The notes below the pieces were generated by a model that had not been told where the DNA came from, did no database searches, and saw only the letters and a program-made list of their open reading frames with translations. From NCBI RefSeq assembly GCF_031769215.1, contig NW_026782351.1, positions 1 to 64,000 on the forward strand: a stretch of 64,000 nucleotides of DNA, written 5' to 3'. Below, piece by piece: positions 10,601-27,423 of this stretch. This DNA is from Ylistrum balloti. Lineage: Eukaryota. A program made the position numbers and the translations under genes. Numbering within the stretch: the first letter of the stretch is position 1; each line of letters begins with the position of its first letter.

Positions 10601-13600
10601 GGAAGACCAAGAGAGAAATTAATTTAGAGTTGCTATTTGGTAAACTAACAACAATTATCTTTTGATGTTATTTTGGAAAGTTAGGAATACATATCATTAG
10701 GACAACTTGCTTATTTAGATAAGAGAGATTACTCTTTTTCACCCATCATTTTAAGCATTTCAGTTTATCAGCTTGGAGGATATAACAACACGACAGGAGA
10801 GTATATACACAAACACATATATGTGACCAGCATTAAGTATGTTAAACATCATAAAATGTTATATAATATATCACTGACATATACAAGAGGTAGGTGTGGG
10901 ATACAAAACTTCCGATATCGTTATTGCTAGTTCAATGTGGTATTACCAAATAACCCAATCTTTCCATATTCTGATTAAACCGTACAGCCTGAAACAGATT
11001 ATCACCGCAAATATCTTATAAAAGTGCTCCACAATTCTAACGGTGAATTATTTAATTTATTGTAAAATCTATAAATAATAAGCAAACCTAATCTAAGAAC
11101 TGAAAGCTTGGCACTGCTTCCTATCTACAGCTGAGTATGCTAAGGGTCCAAAGAGGAAAATATGTAATAATATGTACACAAAAGATATACTGATGCATAC
11201 AGAATGGTAATATCCTGAACATCATTAACACTTACAATTTAAAAAAAAAAAAGAATAAATTTTCATAATAAAAAAAATTGCAAACAAATATAAATGAAGA
11301 CCAAAGCAATAAGTTAGTATACATATACTGTAGGTTTGAAGAACCATTACTGTTATTAGTAGTTGTAAGTAGGCTACAGTCACCAATCACCACTTACCAA
11401 GCTGTGCACATCGTCCTTCTACAGGCAGTGTTGACAGATAGAGAGTAAACATCAAAGTCTAATATACACAAATGGTACACACTCCCCTAAAGCCTGGTGA
11501 ACTACTGCTTTCTTTAACTACACTTCAATAATGTCTCAATTCATTTTCGACTATAGCACAATTCTTCAATGAAGAAAATAAAATCCTTGAAACATCTAAG
11601 TAATACAAGAATCATGGAGAAAAAGACAGCCTTTTCAATACGTACATGTATGTTTGCATGTGTCCATCACATCATAATATTTGACACTGAATTATGACCA
11701 TATAATACAATCTGAAAGTCTCTTTACCAACCTGAGCATTGATCTTCCCTATACATGCAGATGTTTAGTTTAGGTGAATCACAGAAACCAATGCTTACAA
11801 TACACATATCTCCAAATACATGAATAACTGAAATATTTATGCCAATTTTTAAGCATGTATTCTATAAAAATATGGGTAAGCTCACAGTTTAATGACATAT
11901 GATAAAAGTGAAGAAAAATCTAGCTTTTACATCATTCCTCCATTTAGAAAAAATAATAAATAAATAAAAACTGATTTCCAGCAAAGTCAGCATATGTTAC
12001 TCCTACTGTTTGTTTCTATCTGTGATAAACGTAGTTCAAATCTACCTCCCTTGGAATATTATATTGAAGTCCTTACATTAAGCCTTCCTTAAAGATATGA
12101 CATTCAACTGTATGAAACCAGAACTAAACCTTGCCTCAAGTTATCACAAAATTCTACAGTTTCAGTATCCTATAAGAGTATCTAGATGATTAAGTATGAC
12201 AGCTACAGGTATTAGAATGGTTTAGTAGTACACTATAGTAATAAACCAATGTATAGATATAACAACACATACTGTCATAAACACAAAGCATTTACTTGAC
12301 CTTCCAAAATATATTTTCATGTTAAAATGTACAAAAGTTAATTCTAGTGACACTATGATTAAAAAGATAGGTTCAGAAAATTTTACAACAGTTTTGGTGA
12401 TTTTTAACTGGAAACCATAATTCCTTATGTAGGATAGTTATATCCTAATGCATTAAAAGTTGTCAAATAGATGTGTAGCAGTGTGGGTTGTTATCAGTAT
12501 GTTTACACACAGACAACCTACAGAAGCTGAATCCTAACCAACCACCAGACCTGTACAGATTATGGTTGAAGTTACATACCTGGGGATCAAACTTCATGAA
12601 CTGGTCTAACCCCAAACCTAACAAGAAAACACATATTATTTAGTATAAATCATGTGCATATTACCTATAACATATAACAGAATGGACAGATATGATACTG
12701 TTATCATTTATTTTTCTCCTTTAAAATCTTAATTAATCTAGTTTAATAAACAATATTCTAGACCTTGCAAATACTGGTTATTCTATCTATAATTTTTCAG
12801 TGTGTTTTGAGTTAGTTTGAGACCATAATTTCACAATTGTCTTTCTGTTTGGTCAAAGAAATGATTCATTTTATCAGGGTTGTTTTACAAGATTAAGAAA
12901 GGATTAAAGCAACAGATAAATTCTATGCTTGGTAGGATCTAGTAGAAAATGTAGTTTATTACAGGTTATGGTAAAGTTTGAAACAGTCTTTCCTTCATAG
13001 TTTCTGAAACACCATGAGTTCCTCAATACTGTGGATATTTAACTAGAATATACCTTAGCAGTTTAATTTTGTAACAAATTTTATTTCCTTCCTCTCCCTT
13101 ACATTATTTCTGTTTTTGCAAAAGTTTACCTGTAACTAAAGTAATTGCTGTCAATTATCCGAGCCAAAAAATAATAATACAGTGGAAACAGCTTAATATC
13201 ATGTTCCATTTATCAGGGGGAATTGTGGTAATATGAGTGATGTGACATTAATAGTTGACACATTTTTTCTGACGTCTAATCATGACATTTAACTTTCAGA
13301 TGCACCAACTAACTTGTCTCTAACAGAATAGTTTGAAGACAAAAATTTGTAATTTGATTGGTCTTTTCCCGTAAAAAGAGTGATTTTCCTTTACATTCGT
13401 TTGTTTATTCTTTAAAATGTCTAACCTGCTATCATAAATTATCGTGAACAATTGTGTTATATTTACAGTTTACACATGGTCAAAATTTTACTTGACACTA
13501 CAGTGTCATCAGCTGATATTTTGCCACATGATTCATCCATCCATTACTGTGTAGGCTTCACAGCATCTCAAAGTGGATGTTCATACAGTGTGTACCTCTG

Positions 13601-16600
13601 CAACTTTGATAAAATGTATTCTGAAGATTGAGAATTGCTGAGAAAATAGAGCCAACCAAGTGTGAACTGTTCACCTTTAAAACATGTTTCATTGGTTGTT
13701 ATATTAGTGGCTATTTTTATTGGCCAATCAGATGTTGTGAAAAATGGCACAGGGAAAACCCTGTTTTAAAACATTTTATGGTCACCTTGCCAGTGCTCAC
13801 TATAACTTAAACAACAAATGATTTGTTGTGTTCCCTGAATGAATCATTTGGGAAAGATGACATAAGCATCCCTGCGAAGCTTTTCAGGGCATGTGTGATA
13901 ATCTTCTCTATTCAATAAATCCATACTTCTTTTCCTGATACTTGAAGTTCAGATGAGATATCTTAACATATCATCCTTTGAATCAGAAATGTGTTCATGT
14001 AAATTTAATGATGGTGACATTCATAATTACGACATTGACATGCCGCAATTTAGTGTCCCATCTGTAATTGTAAAATGAAGCAGACCAAACACAATTCATT
14101 GATTATGGTTCATGGTTTTTACATCTTATCTTTTGAAAAGAAATCCTTGTTGTTTTGAAATCGATCCTGGAATGAAAACTACAGACTGATTTTCAGGAAG
14201 TTTCCGCAGCACATCAGAATTGTTCAGGTGACTCAAGATATGAAAAGTTTGCTAGTAGGGCAGTGACGATGTTTACATAACGCATCCAGGTGTGACGTAT
14301 GGCCGTTGAGGCATGATCCCATCGTTCTTGTCTTCACTTAAATGTGATTTACCAGTAGTTTTTTGTGATAGTCATCAAAATGAAGTGATAATAGGGTTTA
14401 CCCACATGAAAATAAGTGACATTATGAGATGTTAAAATAAATGGAGTGTATAGAATAAAAATCAGTTTTCAAGAAGACGTAATATTAAGTGGAAAGTGAC
14501 ATAACATTAAGTGGTTTCCACTGTGCTGCTCAATTGATATTACTAGATATAGAAGTATCTCAAATCAAATAACCATACCCTCTGGTTGTTTCATTCCTGG
14601 AGTGATGGAACGTACAAAGTCCTCTGGAGTCATGTACACCTCCCAGTCACCTTGTTCCTGGTGAACTTTCAATGTTGCAAAGTAGCGAAATATTTTATCT
14701 GGCGTAGAGTAAGCTCGAATGCGGTTTTCATATTCTATAATCTGCAATAAAACAGTTAATATTCTTTTGATCATAACATGTTAATGTATGAAATCTTCAC
14801 ACAAAGCTTACAGGAAGTGGTAAGAACGATAGAACAACACTAAACTATAAGTAGCTAGAAAGCTACAACTACCTGATAAATATGCTGTTGATACTCAGTT
14901 TATACATGTATTAAACTTTCTGATAAGATAAATGTTTCTTAACTCAGTTTAAAGATGGATCATTTAGAATTGTATATGAATAACTACCCTTCGGTCCCTG
15001 AAACCAATTTTCTTCTTCTTCTTCTTTTCGGTCTGTTCACCCCCCTCTTCGTCTTCCTCCTCCTTTGCTTCAACTACCTCTGCAGAATCCTGTTTTTCTA
15101 CTTCTCCCGTAGAGGCATGGACTGTAGTCTTCAAGGGCAACATCCTAAATACAGGTATAACAGTTCAACAATTTCATATTTCTATGTGTATGAAATAATA
15201 TGGTGTATGTCAGGTATCTAAAAAACAATTATCTACCACAGTGCTATGGTTATTATGATATGACCACTGTTAGAGTAGTGAAGATATTGCCTTGGACTTT
15301 TATCCTGTCCCAACATGGTGAACATTTAAGCAAAATCTAATAAATACTTTCAGAAAAAAAATCCAGTGTTAAATCTGTTTGTATGATAAATCAAAGCATA
15401 CTAGGTTTTAAAGAGATTGATTGGAAACTGACAGAATCAATCTCTGGACAAGATAACAGCTGCAAAAAAAGAACAAACAGAAATCACATTTCAAAAATTG
15501 TTGAATCAGAATGCCATTCATGAGAACATCTTCTCATGTTGTGGTTTTAAAGCTGACTAAGTTTCAATGAAGTTGGCTAACAACTGATCATGAGGGAGGA
15601 GATATCTTGATGTGATAAAAAAAGATGAAAACTGGATGATACTCATTAAAAAGCTGTTATATCAAACAATGTTTAAGTTATGAAACTTGGAAAGATTGAA
15701 CAAAATCACTTGAAAACTGATAGAGGAGATCTGTGGACATATTTAACATCATGAAATAAATGACTGACAGTAACTCTTTTAAAATACAGTCAAATCAAAC
15801 TATCTTCAAGGAAAACACAACTTTATGTTATGGTGATGCAGCCAATCAAGTCTGAAAGAGATTGGTAGAATAACGGAAGAGATCAGGACATACTGACAAA
15901 ATGAAAACAAAAACGGCAGTAACTCTACCAAACACATTTGAAGCAAACTGTCATTCAGAAACACACCACTCCACGTCATGGTGGTTAAAAGTCAGGGCTC
16001 TCGATCTGCCAGATTTGGGGCCAATATTCGGCCCCATTCCCAATGCAAAATAGTATCTTTTTTCCCCCAATTTAGACCTGAAGTTTTCCCAATTCTAAGG
16101 AAAACACCATTATTTTTTCCCGATTCTAAGGGCCCCAGGCCCCAGTCCCAAAATGGGGTGTGAGAGCCCTGAAAGCCTACCATGTTTGAAAAAGATCGGA
16201 CACAAACTATGGGAGATCTTTGGAGAATTGAAAGTTTATGACAGATAGAGAGATGGACAGACAATGTTATAATATGTCCTTTCAAAAATTTTGACAAGCA
16301 AATAAAACTGGAAACCAGAGAATCATAACGTATTTCATATAGATATTCTACCCTCAGTAATATTGATCAAATGGAACCCAAACTGAACCTATGTACAATT
16401 GCATTCCAAGAAATAACAAGTTTTGCTCTTGAAATTCAAGGTTGTCATGTACACCCAGCAATTCTTCTTCATGTTCATACTTTTGAGCAACTGCAAAAGC
16501 ATACAGTGATTTGTTAACAGAAAATAGATTAAAATACTCAAGTTCAAATATATATCAATTACTTACGGATTGGTCACCAGAATAAAAGAAGCAATTCCAA

Positions 16601-16913
16601 ACAGCAATCCAAGCCATGCCCTTCCATAGGTCTTTTTGTTTCCTATTTTCACCCTGTCAGCGCCTTGTTCACTTTCATTGTGAGCATATGTTTCATCTTT
16701 TACACACTTTGAACATGTAGTTGTTATACCTCTAGAATGTAACATTTTTCTGAAAGCAAAACTTCTACCATAATGCTTCAGCATCACTCTGTTTTGTGTA
16801 CAAACAGCTTGATGCCAGTGCTTGCTGGAAATCCCAGCTTTGGATGTATAATGAGAGTGGAAAAGTTGCCCTCTCATTATATTCATCCACCATCTTAGTA
16901 CTTCTCGCCTCAT
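1647..16913 (-). CDS. MICU1: Mitochondrial calcium uptake protein 1 (EF-hand gatekeeper of the MCU complex); 3'-partial, remaining exons lie left of the window
   Basis: Coding exons on minus strand: 16913-16567, 15144-14988, 14741-14579, 12617-12580, 5183-5075, 4605-4523, 3773-3579, 1787-1647; phases are consistent. Translation includes the polybasic [69 protein letters not shown]-hand [12 protein letters not shown] and [11 protein letters not shown], all matching MICU1 family motifs. Intron 3578-1788 has a GC donor. Confidence 0.95.
4871..5033 (-). repeat. Short degenerate ~60-bp-period repeat (3 copies) just downstream of a MICU1 donor site, resembling the exon 3' end
   Basis: 29-bp identical blocks at 4882-4910 and 5005-5033, with a partial copy at 4947-4970. 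Minus-strand unit CCTCAATACTTCTCTGTACACAGCTTCTAGTAAGT versus exon end CCTCATTTCCTTCTCTGACTACATATTCCTTCT...CAAGTAAGT. Confidence 0.7.
6009..7260. repeat. 54-bp minisatellite (about 20 degenerate copies) with occasional 23-bp sub-units
   Basis: Unit gagagaggactgcagtggttaatgtctgggtgtagtctagaggagtgagtgact; period 54 (e.g. 6061 to 6115); inserted gagttagaatctgagagaggactgcagtg sub-units; degenerate at both ends. Confidence 0.9.
9863..9871 (-). CDS. MICU1: Candidate 9-nt MICU1 micro-exon (Gly-Ser-Lys)
   Basis: Minus strand: ttgttctgttttgttgattcctttAG|GGG TCA AAG|GTGAGT; lies in a phase-0 intron and preserves the frame. No transcript evidence. Confidence 0.65.
11398..11418 (-). CDS. MICU1: Candidate 21-nt MICU1 micro-exon (KDDVHSL)
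   Basis: Minus strand: tttactctctatctgtcaacacTGCctgtAG|AAG GAC GAT GTG CAC AGC TTG|GTAAGT; phase 0, no stop. No transcript evidence. Confidence 0.65.
15993..16171. mobile_element. Non-autonomous DNA transposon (MITE), 10-bp TIR, 5-bp TSD; copy 1
   Basis: CAGGGCTCTC...GAGAGCCCTG termini; flanks aaagt/aaagc (4/5 match); second copy at 22812-22987. Confidence 0.85.
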
Positions 16914-17929
16914 AATTCTAAATTTCTTCTGTTATCGGCAGCTCTTTACGGCATTGTTTAGACCTGAAAAATTAAACGTTTTATTAGAACTATTGTAGAT
17001 ATAGTGCATATCATTTCATAAGACCATACTACTTCAGACAACTATATAGAGTGAACTCTTTTATTAAATACACCAGATTTACAAGAGTGTCTTAAGAATT
17101 TCTCCCTCAGTGTATTGATAATTTGCCATATCACAGGTGAAAATATAGACTATAAAACTTCAGAAAGCTTGTGTATAATCAGAATGTAAAAGGCAGATAT
17201 TAACAGCACACAAATAGAAGGAGGCAAACTCACATCACCATGGGTATTGGCACCCAGCACTGTATATTCATTATTAGGTACTTATCACTTTGATCTTTCC
17301 CTCACTGTCTTCTGTCCTATCATTTGCTCTTAACACTAACCATGGACAAGTAAACACAAAGCAAAAACTATATTTACAAATGTTCAAAATTGTTTTTAAG
17401 TGAAACCTACCCTTGTATATAGTTATCACTTACATAATGATGTATTACAGCAAAAAATGAAGTTTTTTGTTTTCTTCTACTTTTTTTTTAACTTACTTAA
17501 ATCTTAAGGGAAGCAACAGCTAGACACAGCTATATCCAGTTACATGGCGACCTAGTCAGAACCCAAATATGCTATATATAGCACTGTAATAATTTGAGAC
17601 TTCACACACTTATGTATCAGTACTTTGCACGTGAAGGTCTATTACAGTGAAAGCACTTGTAGAAAATAATAAACTCACATCTCCTCAACTTCAACATTAG
17701 AGATATATATATATAGAGATATAATTGAAAATATAGAATCAACACTACAAATGTGTTTCAGTAACGTTTTCAGGTATAACAGCTATCTTCAGGCAACAAA
17801 AGATTTACTATGTAAGAGATGTAAAACATGTAATAATAATGATAATGATCACACTCTGAGGGGCCAATGCCTTGAAGTTGTAGCTCAGAAAAAAGCCTTC
17901 TTTTGAGGTTTTTAACTATATTTTTGCAA

Positions 17930-18287
17930 AAACTGAAAAATATATAATAAAAAGATATGTTGTTAATAGCAAAAGGTTCAACTATGGCACTAAGTTAATA
18001 TGTGCAGAAAGTTTTGTGAAGTTGAGTGGAACAGTTTGGAAGGTATAGCCTGGAAAAGCCTCTTTTTGTGTTATCTGACTATGTTTCCATGGAAACAGAA
18101 AAAAACATATATAAAGTGAAATGACGCCAATAGCAAAAGGCACAAATAGGGCACCCACTTAATATGTGCAGAAAGTTTTGTGAAGTTGAGTTGCACTGTT
18201 TTGAAGTTATAGCCGGGAAAAGCACTTGGATGGACTGACGGACCCCAATTTAATAACCCCCGCAAACGCGTTTAGCAGGGGATAATA
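17930..18287. mobile_element. HINE/Helentron-like remnant with two 164-bp repeats and a terminal stem-loop
   Basis: aatagcaaaagg...aatatgtgcagaaagttttgtgaagttgag repeated at 17965 and 18129; ends with ccccgc...gcagggg hairpin. Left boundary approximate. Confidence 0.55.
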
Positions 18288-19827
18288 AGTACAGGAATTT
18301 GAGTCATTTAGTTTAAATGCTTTTACTGCTGAACTATCACTGGGATTCATATATTTTTTTATATCAATTAGTTCTGGATATCAACAATATTCTCTAGTTT
18401 ACAATATAATTGTTGACACACATACAAATGTATGGAACTGAGAACATGCGTCATGTATACGAGTAAAAATACCTCTGTCTCAAAACAAATTTATACCTCC
18501 AAAACTCCCAAGCCGAAATCATTGAAATATCTTGAACACCTATATAATCATATTCCATCTTATATATCAAAAAGATATTTCATAGTAGTAACAGCTTACC
18601 ATAATCAAGTATTCAGAGATGTTAAGACCTACAGGTTGACTCACCTGTACCACATGTTAGGTAACCACATTTGATTCCTCACACATGCGTAACAAGTACT
18701 TTTGACTGTCTATAAACAGATATCGGGACCTATTTGATCAGGACCATATCAGTGGAACGCAATTCAGATTATGTTGTAACAGAACATATGAAATCCAAAA
18801 ATTGTGGCCAAAACCCTATAAGGACCATGGGAAACCTATATGTCAGATTTAAGAATTAACCATCCGGTGCTACTCTAGTAATGAGAAGACATATCGATGA
18901 ATGGAGATTTGAACAGCTCACTACCATAGAATATTTCTTGTTTCATAATGAATTTTTTCACGTGCACAATTCTTTGTTGTATTTAAAAGTAAATTTCTTT
19001 TACATATCAATACTGAAAATTGATATTAGCATGTTGATGAATGTGAGGATAAAGATTTTGTGGGCTAATGGTTTCCTTATTTATATAATTTGTAATGAAC
19101 GAGAAAAACAATCAACAGAAAAAAAAAATCCAAAATTTAGCTGGTTCATCATCATAGAATTAAGGGCATATACAATTAATTATTTCTCACATAGAAGGCT
19201 GATGGTCAGACAGAATAAATGTTCGAATGTTATTATGCTATCTGTTGCAAGGCATCTGTCAAAGTATCTTGTCATGAACCTCTAATATACTTGGTCATCT
19301 TTACATACCCATTCACACAAGTAACTGATATACCAATATAGGCCTATTGTACATTATCAGGAAATTTTATGATATCAATACATTCATTGAAACACAAAGG
19401 ATTTTTAATAATTTCTTATGAATATTAAACATCGATACCAATTTTTTATGTGTATATTAACTAATGTCATACATTTCTCTGTGTATTGAATGCGAGTTGT
19501 GGAACCGCAGGCAAAACCTTTCCGGATCAAAGCTATATGGAGGCAGATAGGAATCGAATGCATATGGTCACGGTCAATAAAAATGTAACTCTCTCATTGC
19601 CTTGTCTCTAGATCTGCCTCCAAGTACACCCCCCCACCCCCCACAGTTTCCTCTTTACTGATTTGTACAACTTAACAGTGTCAGTGAAAGTCCCATGTAT
19701 AGGGCGTCATGCATTAAGTTTCTGATCTGTTTCTCAAAAGCAGTTATCAGAGATATATTATAAACAACTATTGCATAAAGTTAAGTAGTGCAATAAAATG
19801 GTTTTAAGATATACAAAGACAAAATAC

Positions 19828-19960
19828 CTTCATAACCCCTTAGTATTTGTTTACTCCCGTTTCGGAGATAGCTCTTTCCTGTCAAACATTCTTCCGACTT
19901 TTGGCAAATCTCGCTATAATCCCAAGCATTTCGAGATGTAGTCATGTGATCGTGTCTTCC
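19828..19960 (-). other. MICU1: Probable non-coding first exon of MICU1 (5' boundary uncertain)
   Basis: Exon 2 has an acceptor at 16964-16965 and an in-frame stop upstream of the ATG, so an upstream UTR exon is needed. Donor AAG|GTATTT at 19828/19827 lies in the CpG-containing region next to the PCNA start. Confidence 0.45.
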
Positions 19961-19979
19961 AATAATGCTGAACGAGCAA

Positions 19980-20004
19980 TTTCCCGCCATTATTAATTTG
20001 GCGC
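19980..20004 (+). promoter_or_regulatory. Two E2F consensus sites in the MICU1/PCNA bidirectional promoter
   Basis: TTTCCCGC (19980-19987) and TTTGGCGC (19997-20004) both match TTTSSCGC, about 170 bp upstream of the PCNA ATG. PCNA is a classical E2F target. Confidence 0.7.
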
Positions 20005-20153
20005 CAGTTCATTCATATACCACAACAACGAAGAGGAGGTAGTCACGGAGAAAGAAAGGCTGGGTTTATAATCCGTGTCATCGCTTAGTACGCTAAAAGA
20101 TTACTTTAGTAATACACAACTTAGGTTTGTGGCAAATTATTTCTAAAGGTTAA

Positions 20154-24035
<3,882 letters not shown>

Positions 24036-24050
24036 ATGGACTATGTTGCT

Positions 24051-24056
24051 AATAAA
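24051..24056 (+). terminator. Candidate PCNA polyadenylation signal
   Basis: AATAAA at 24051-24056; another overlaps the stop codon (24031-24036); ATTAAA near 24363 is a more distal option. Confidence 0.4.
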
Positions 24057-24896
24057 TTGATATTGATAGCACTGTGATTAAGGGGGAGGGGATATCCTTG
24101 GATGAAGTTTGAACTCTGAATTTCCTATTTATAATGATGGAAAGACCAAAAACTTGAAGGCATTGAAAAGGCTTTGATTTGGAATTTATCTCATCTTATT
24201 ACAAACTTTCTTACTGAAGTGATGAGATGATCAATGTGAAACATTACTCATTGTGAACTGCCATATGAAAGATTTATGTTTTGACTGATTTGTTATTCAT
24301 TGTTTCAACAATGTTTCACATTGTAGATGTGCTTGTTTTGTGTATTGACAAGTAAATTGAGAATTAAATTTGTAATATAACATACCATCTTGCTTTATGT
24401 TTGTAATTTTTCAAGGAAGAAACTTGGAGCAGAGATTTGATGGTACTGGAGTCGTCAAAGTGGCTTTGATGTGTATACATGATTCATATCACAGCCAGCT
24501 TTGATGAGCTCTGGTCAGCATCACCATCGACAAACCTTTGGGCGGTGATCATCGATATTGTCCTAATTGATGGACTGGAAATGGCTTGAAACATTTTTGA
24601 TGGGTTTTTAGGCCATCCTCAACCTGATGATGAGTTCAAAATGTTTAATAAGAGAATGTGCAGTGTATGAAATTCAGGACCTCTGACCCTCTCAAATACA
24701 GAGTTATTGACCTTTGCTTAAATTTTGCGTCCTAAGCATTAAATTGTCTGCATTTTGCCTGGAATATTGAAATGGTATGTATACATTTGTCATACCAGAA
24801 CAACATGCATTGTAGCAATGTTGGGGCCTGTAAAGCCTCGGTACTGAGTTATTGGCCTTTGTTAGAATTTCGTGTTATGAGTAAAGCTTTGCTTGT

Positions 24897-26220
24897 ATTT
24901 TCAGCCCACCATCATAATGTTAATTATTGCCAATTCTTCAGAAGTACGTGGCAGATTTTTCTCCGATTGCATATCTAAGTTCCTGTTTGACACGCGTGTC
25001 CGTTTTATTTTGGGTCCGATCAAAAAAACAAAATGGCCGATAGACATCTTGGATTTTGCCTAGTAAAGATTGTTATTGCTATTTCTGAATGGATATCTCA
25101 AATTTCATGGGTATGTTCCCTTTGATCTCTCCTTGTGCTTGTTTTATTTTGGGACTGATCAGAAGAAACAAAATGGCTTCCAGGCTGCTATTTTGGATTT
25201 GGCAGTTGAAGATTATCAATATTTCTGCAAATGCATGTTCAAATGTTTTCTCATTAAGAGCAGAAAAAAGAAAAGAGAAGGTAAATGATTCAACTTTCAA
25301 AGCAAATAACAATGGTGGGCATCAAGATCCCTTTGGGATCTCTTTGTTAAAACTTTGGGTCATGAAACAAGTGTATTCATTGGTCATACTTAGGAGACTG
25401 CACTGTACCAAATTTAGGGCCGGCAAATCCCTTGATAATAGAATTACTGGCCTTTGTTGAAAATGTTGTTTTCATGAAGCATTTATTAGTTTCACTGATG
25501 CTCTTGTCTTGAAAACCGTTTGATATATGTCCTAATTTCTTGTGTATGGTATCTGGTTTTTAGCCCACCATCAGATGGTAGGCTTATTCAAATTGCTCTG
25601 CATCCATAGTCAGTCTGTCCATCCATAAACAAGTTTTGTTATTGCTATTTTTTGGGAAGAACTCTATGGATCTTGTTCAAATTGCATATGTAGCTTCCCC
25701 TTGGTCCTTAAGTTGTGCTACCAGGTAATTTGATTTTGGACTGATCAGAAAAACAAAATGGCAGACAGAAGGACATCTTCGATTTTAACCTTGAAAGTTT
25801 ATTTTCTCTATTTCTTGAGAACTACAGCATAGATGTTTCTCAAATTTAATGTATAGGTTTGTAAGGTCCCTTGTGCCTGTTTGAGTATGGGACTGATCAG
25901 AAAAACAAAATTGGCTGATAGGCAGCCATCTTAGATTTTGAATAGTAAAGATTGTTATCTCACATTTCATGTGTATGTTACTTCCCTTTGGTCTTTCCTT
26001 GTGCATGTGTGATTTTGCAAGGAGAAGAAACAAAATGCCTTCCAGACAGCTAGTTTTGATTTGGCAGGTCAAGACTGTTATCACTATTTCTGCAAAGGAA
26101 TGTTCAAATGTCTTATCATTAAGAGCAAAAACAGAGAAAAGAAGGGAAAAGATCCAACTTTCAAAGGGCATATAAAGATTAAACAATGGTGGACGCCAAG
26201 ATCCCTCTGGGATCTTGTTG
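24897..26220 (+). mobile_element. Two degenerate tandem copies of a HINE/Helentron-like element
   Basis: Both start with tttt(c)agcccaccatca (about 24897 and 25558), contain ~150-bp repeats (gggactgatcagaaaaacaaaatggc...) and end in the hairpin agatccc..gggatct (about 25325 and 26200). Confidence 0.65.
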
Positions 26221-26389
26221 GGGACATAAGAATGATGGAAAAGATCGTGGAAGAATTTTTTGTGGTTTTATCTAATGTCTTTAAAACTTGGTACACTTAA
26301 TCACCAGGACTTGAAATTTTTTTCTTTATGGCATTTTGACTAAGAATATTTCATGATAGAGGACTTAAATTGATCTTTTTCCTGAGATA

Positions 26390-27423
26390 TTTTTTAGGTC
26401 ATAGGGTCGAGATGACCTATAGCCATCGTGCTTTGTCCGTCCTCCGCCGTGCGCCATCCGTAAACTTTTCATTCAAAAAACTTCTCAAATACTAGGAGGC
26501 TAATACTTGGCCCTTAGCATGCTGGGATGGAGCCCTACAAAGTCCATGAATGCTGATATCGGGTCTGTAGCATGTTGAGATGAAGGGCTACCAAGTTTGT
26601 TCAAATGAATGACCTTGACCCACTTTCAAGGTCACAGGGGTCAAATATGTTAAAATATACAAACGACTTCTTCTCAATAAGCAAAAGTCCAAGAGTGCTG
26701 ATATTGGGCCTGTAAGACGCTTGGAAGAAGGGCTACCAAGTTTGTTCAAATAAATGACCTCGACCCACTTTCTAGGTCACCAGGGTCAAATATGTTAATA
26801 TTTTAAAACAACTTCCCAACAACCAAAAGGCTCAGAATGCTGATATTGGGTCTGTAGCATGCTGGGATGAAGGGCTATCAAGTTTGTTCAAATGAATGAC
26901 CTTGACCCACTTTAAAGGCCACAGGGGTCAAATATGTGAAAATATATAAACGACTTCTTCTCAATAAGCAAAAGTCCAAGAGTGCTGATATTTGGCCTGT
27001 AGGATGCTGGGATGAAGGGCTACCAAGTTTATTCAAATAAATGACCTCGACCCACTTTCTAGGTTACAGGGGTCAAATATATTAAAATATACAAATGACT
27101 TCTTCTCAATAAGCAAAAGTCCAACAGTGCTGATAATGGACCTGTAGGATGCATGGATGACATGATACCAAGTTTGTTCAAATGAATGACCTTGGCCCAC
27201 TTTTAAGGTCACAGGGGTTAAATATGTTAAAATCTGTAAACGACTTCTTCTCAGTAACCAAAAGGCTCAGAGTGCTGATATTGGGCCTGTAGGATGCTGG
27301 GAGGAAGGGCTACTAAGTTTATTCAAATGAATAAAGCCAACTGTTTTAACAGCAGACACACAGTTGTTAAGAGTTTGGCTTGCTTTTTGTCAGATGATCG
27401 TTAAGGCCCATGGGCCTCTTGTT
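26390..27423 (+). mobile_element. HINE/Helentron-like non-autonomous element with central ~145-bp tandem array (about 5 copies)
   Basis: T-rich 5' end with subterminal palindrome aggtcat...atgacct, a gtcc-type microsatellite, repeat starts near 26571, 26716, 26858, 27003, 27148, 27293, and a 3' palindrome aggcccatgggcct followed by cttgtt. Confidence 0.8.

Noticed and set aside
19538-19622. 11-bp inverted repeat tggaggcagat/atctgcctcca
   Set aside because: Short, no TSD, and no pairing in the interior.
24219-24290. C/D-box-like pair (GTGATGA...CTGA)
   Set aside because: In the PCNA 3' region rather than an intron, with no terminal stem and no recognisable rRNA guide.
24620-24645. CTGATGA hammerhead-core-like motif
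   Set aside because: No stem II or GAAA partner at a suitable spacing.
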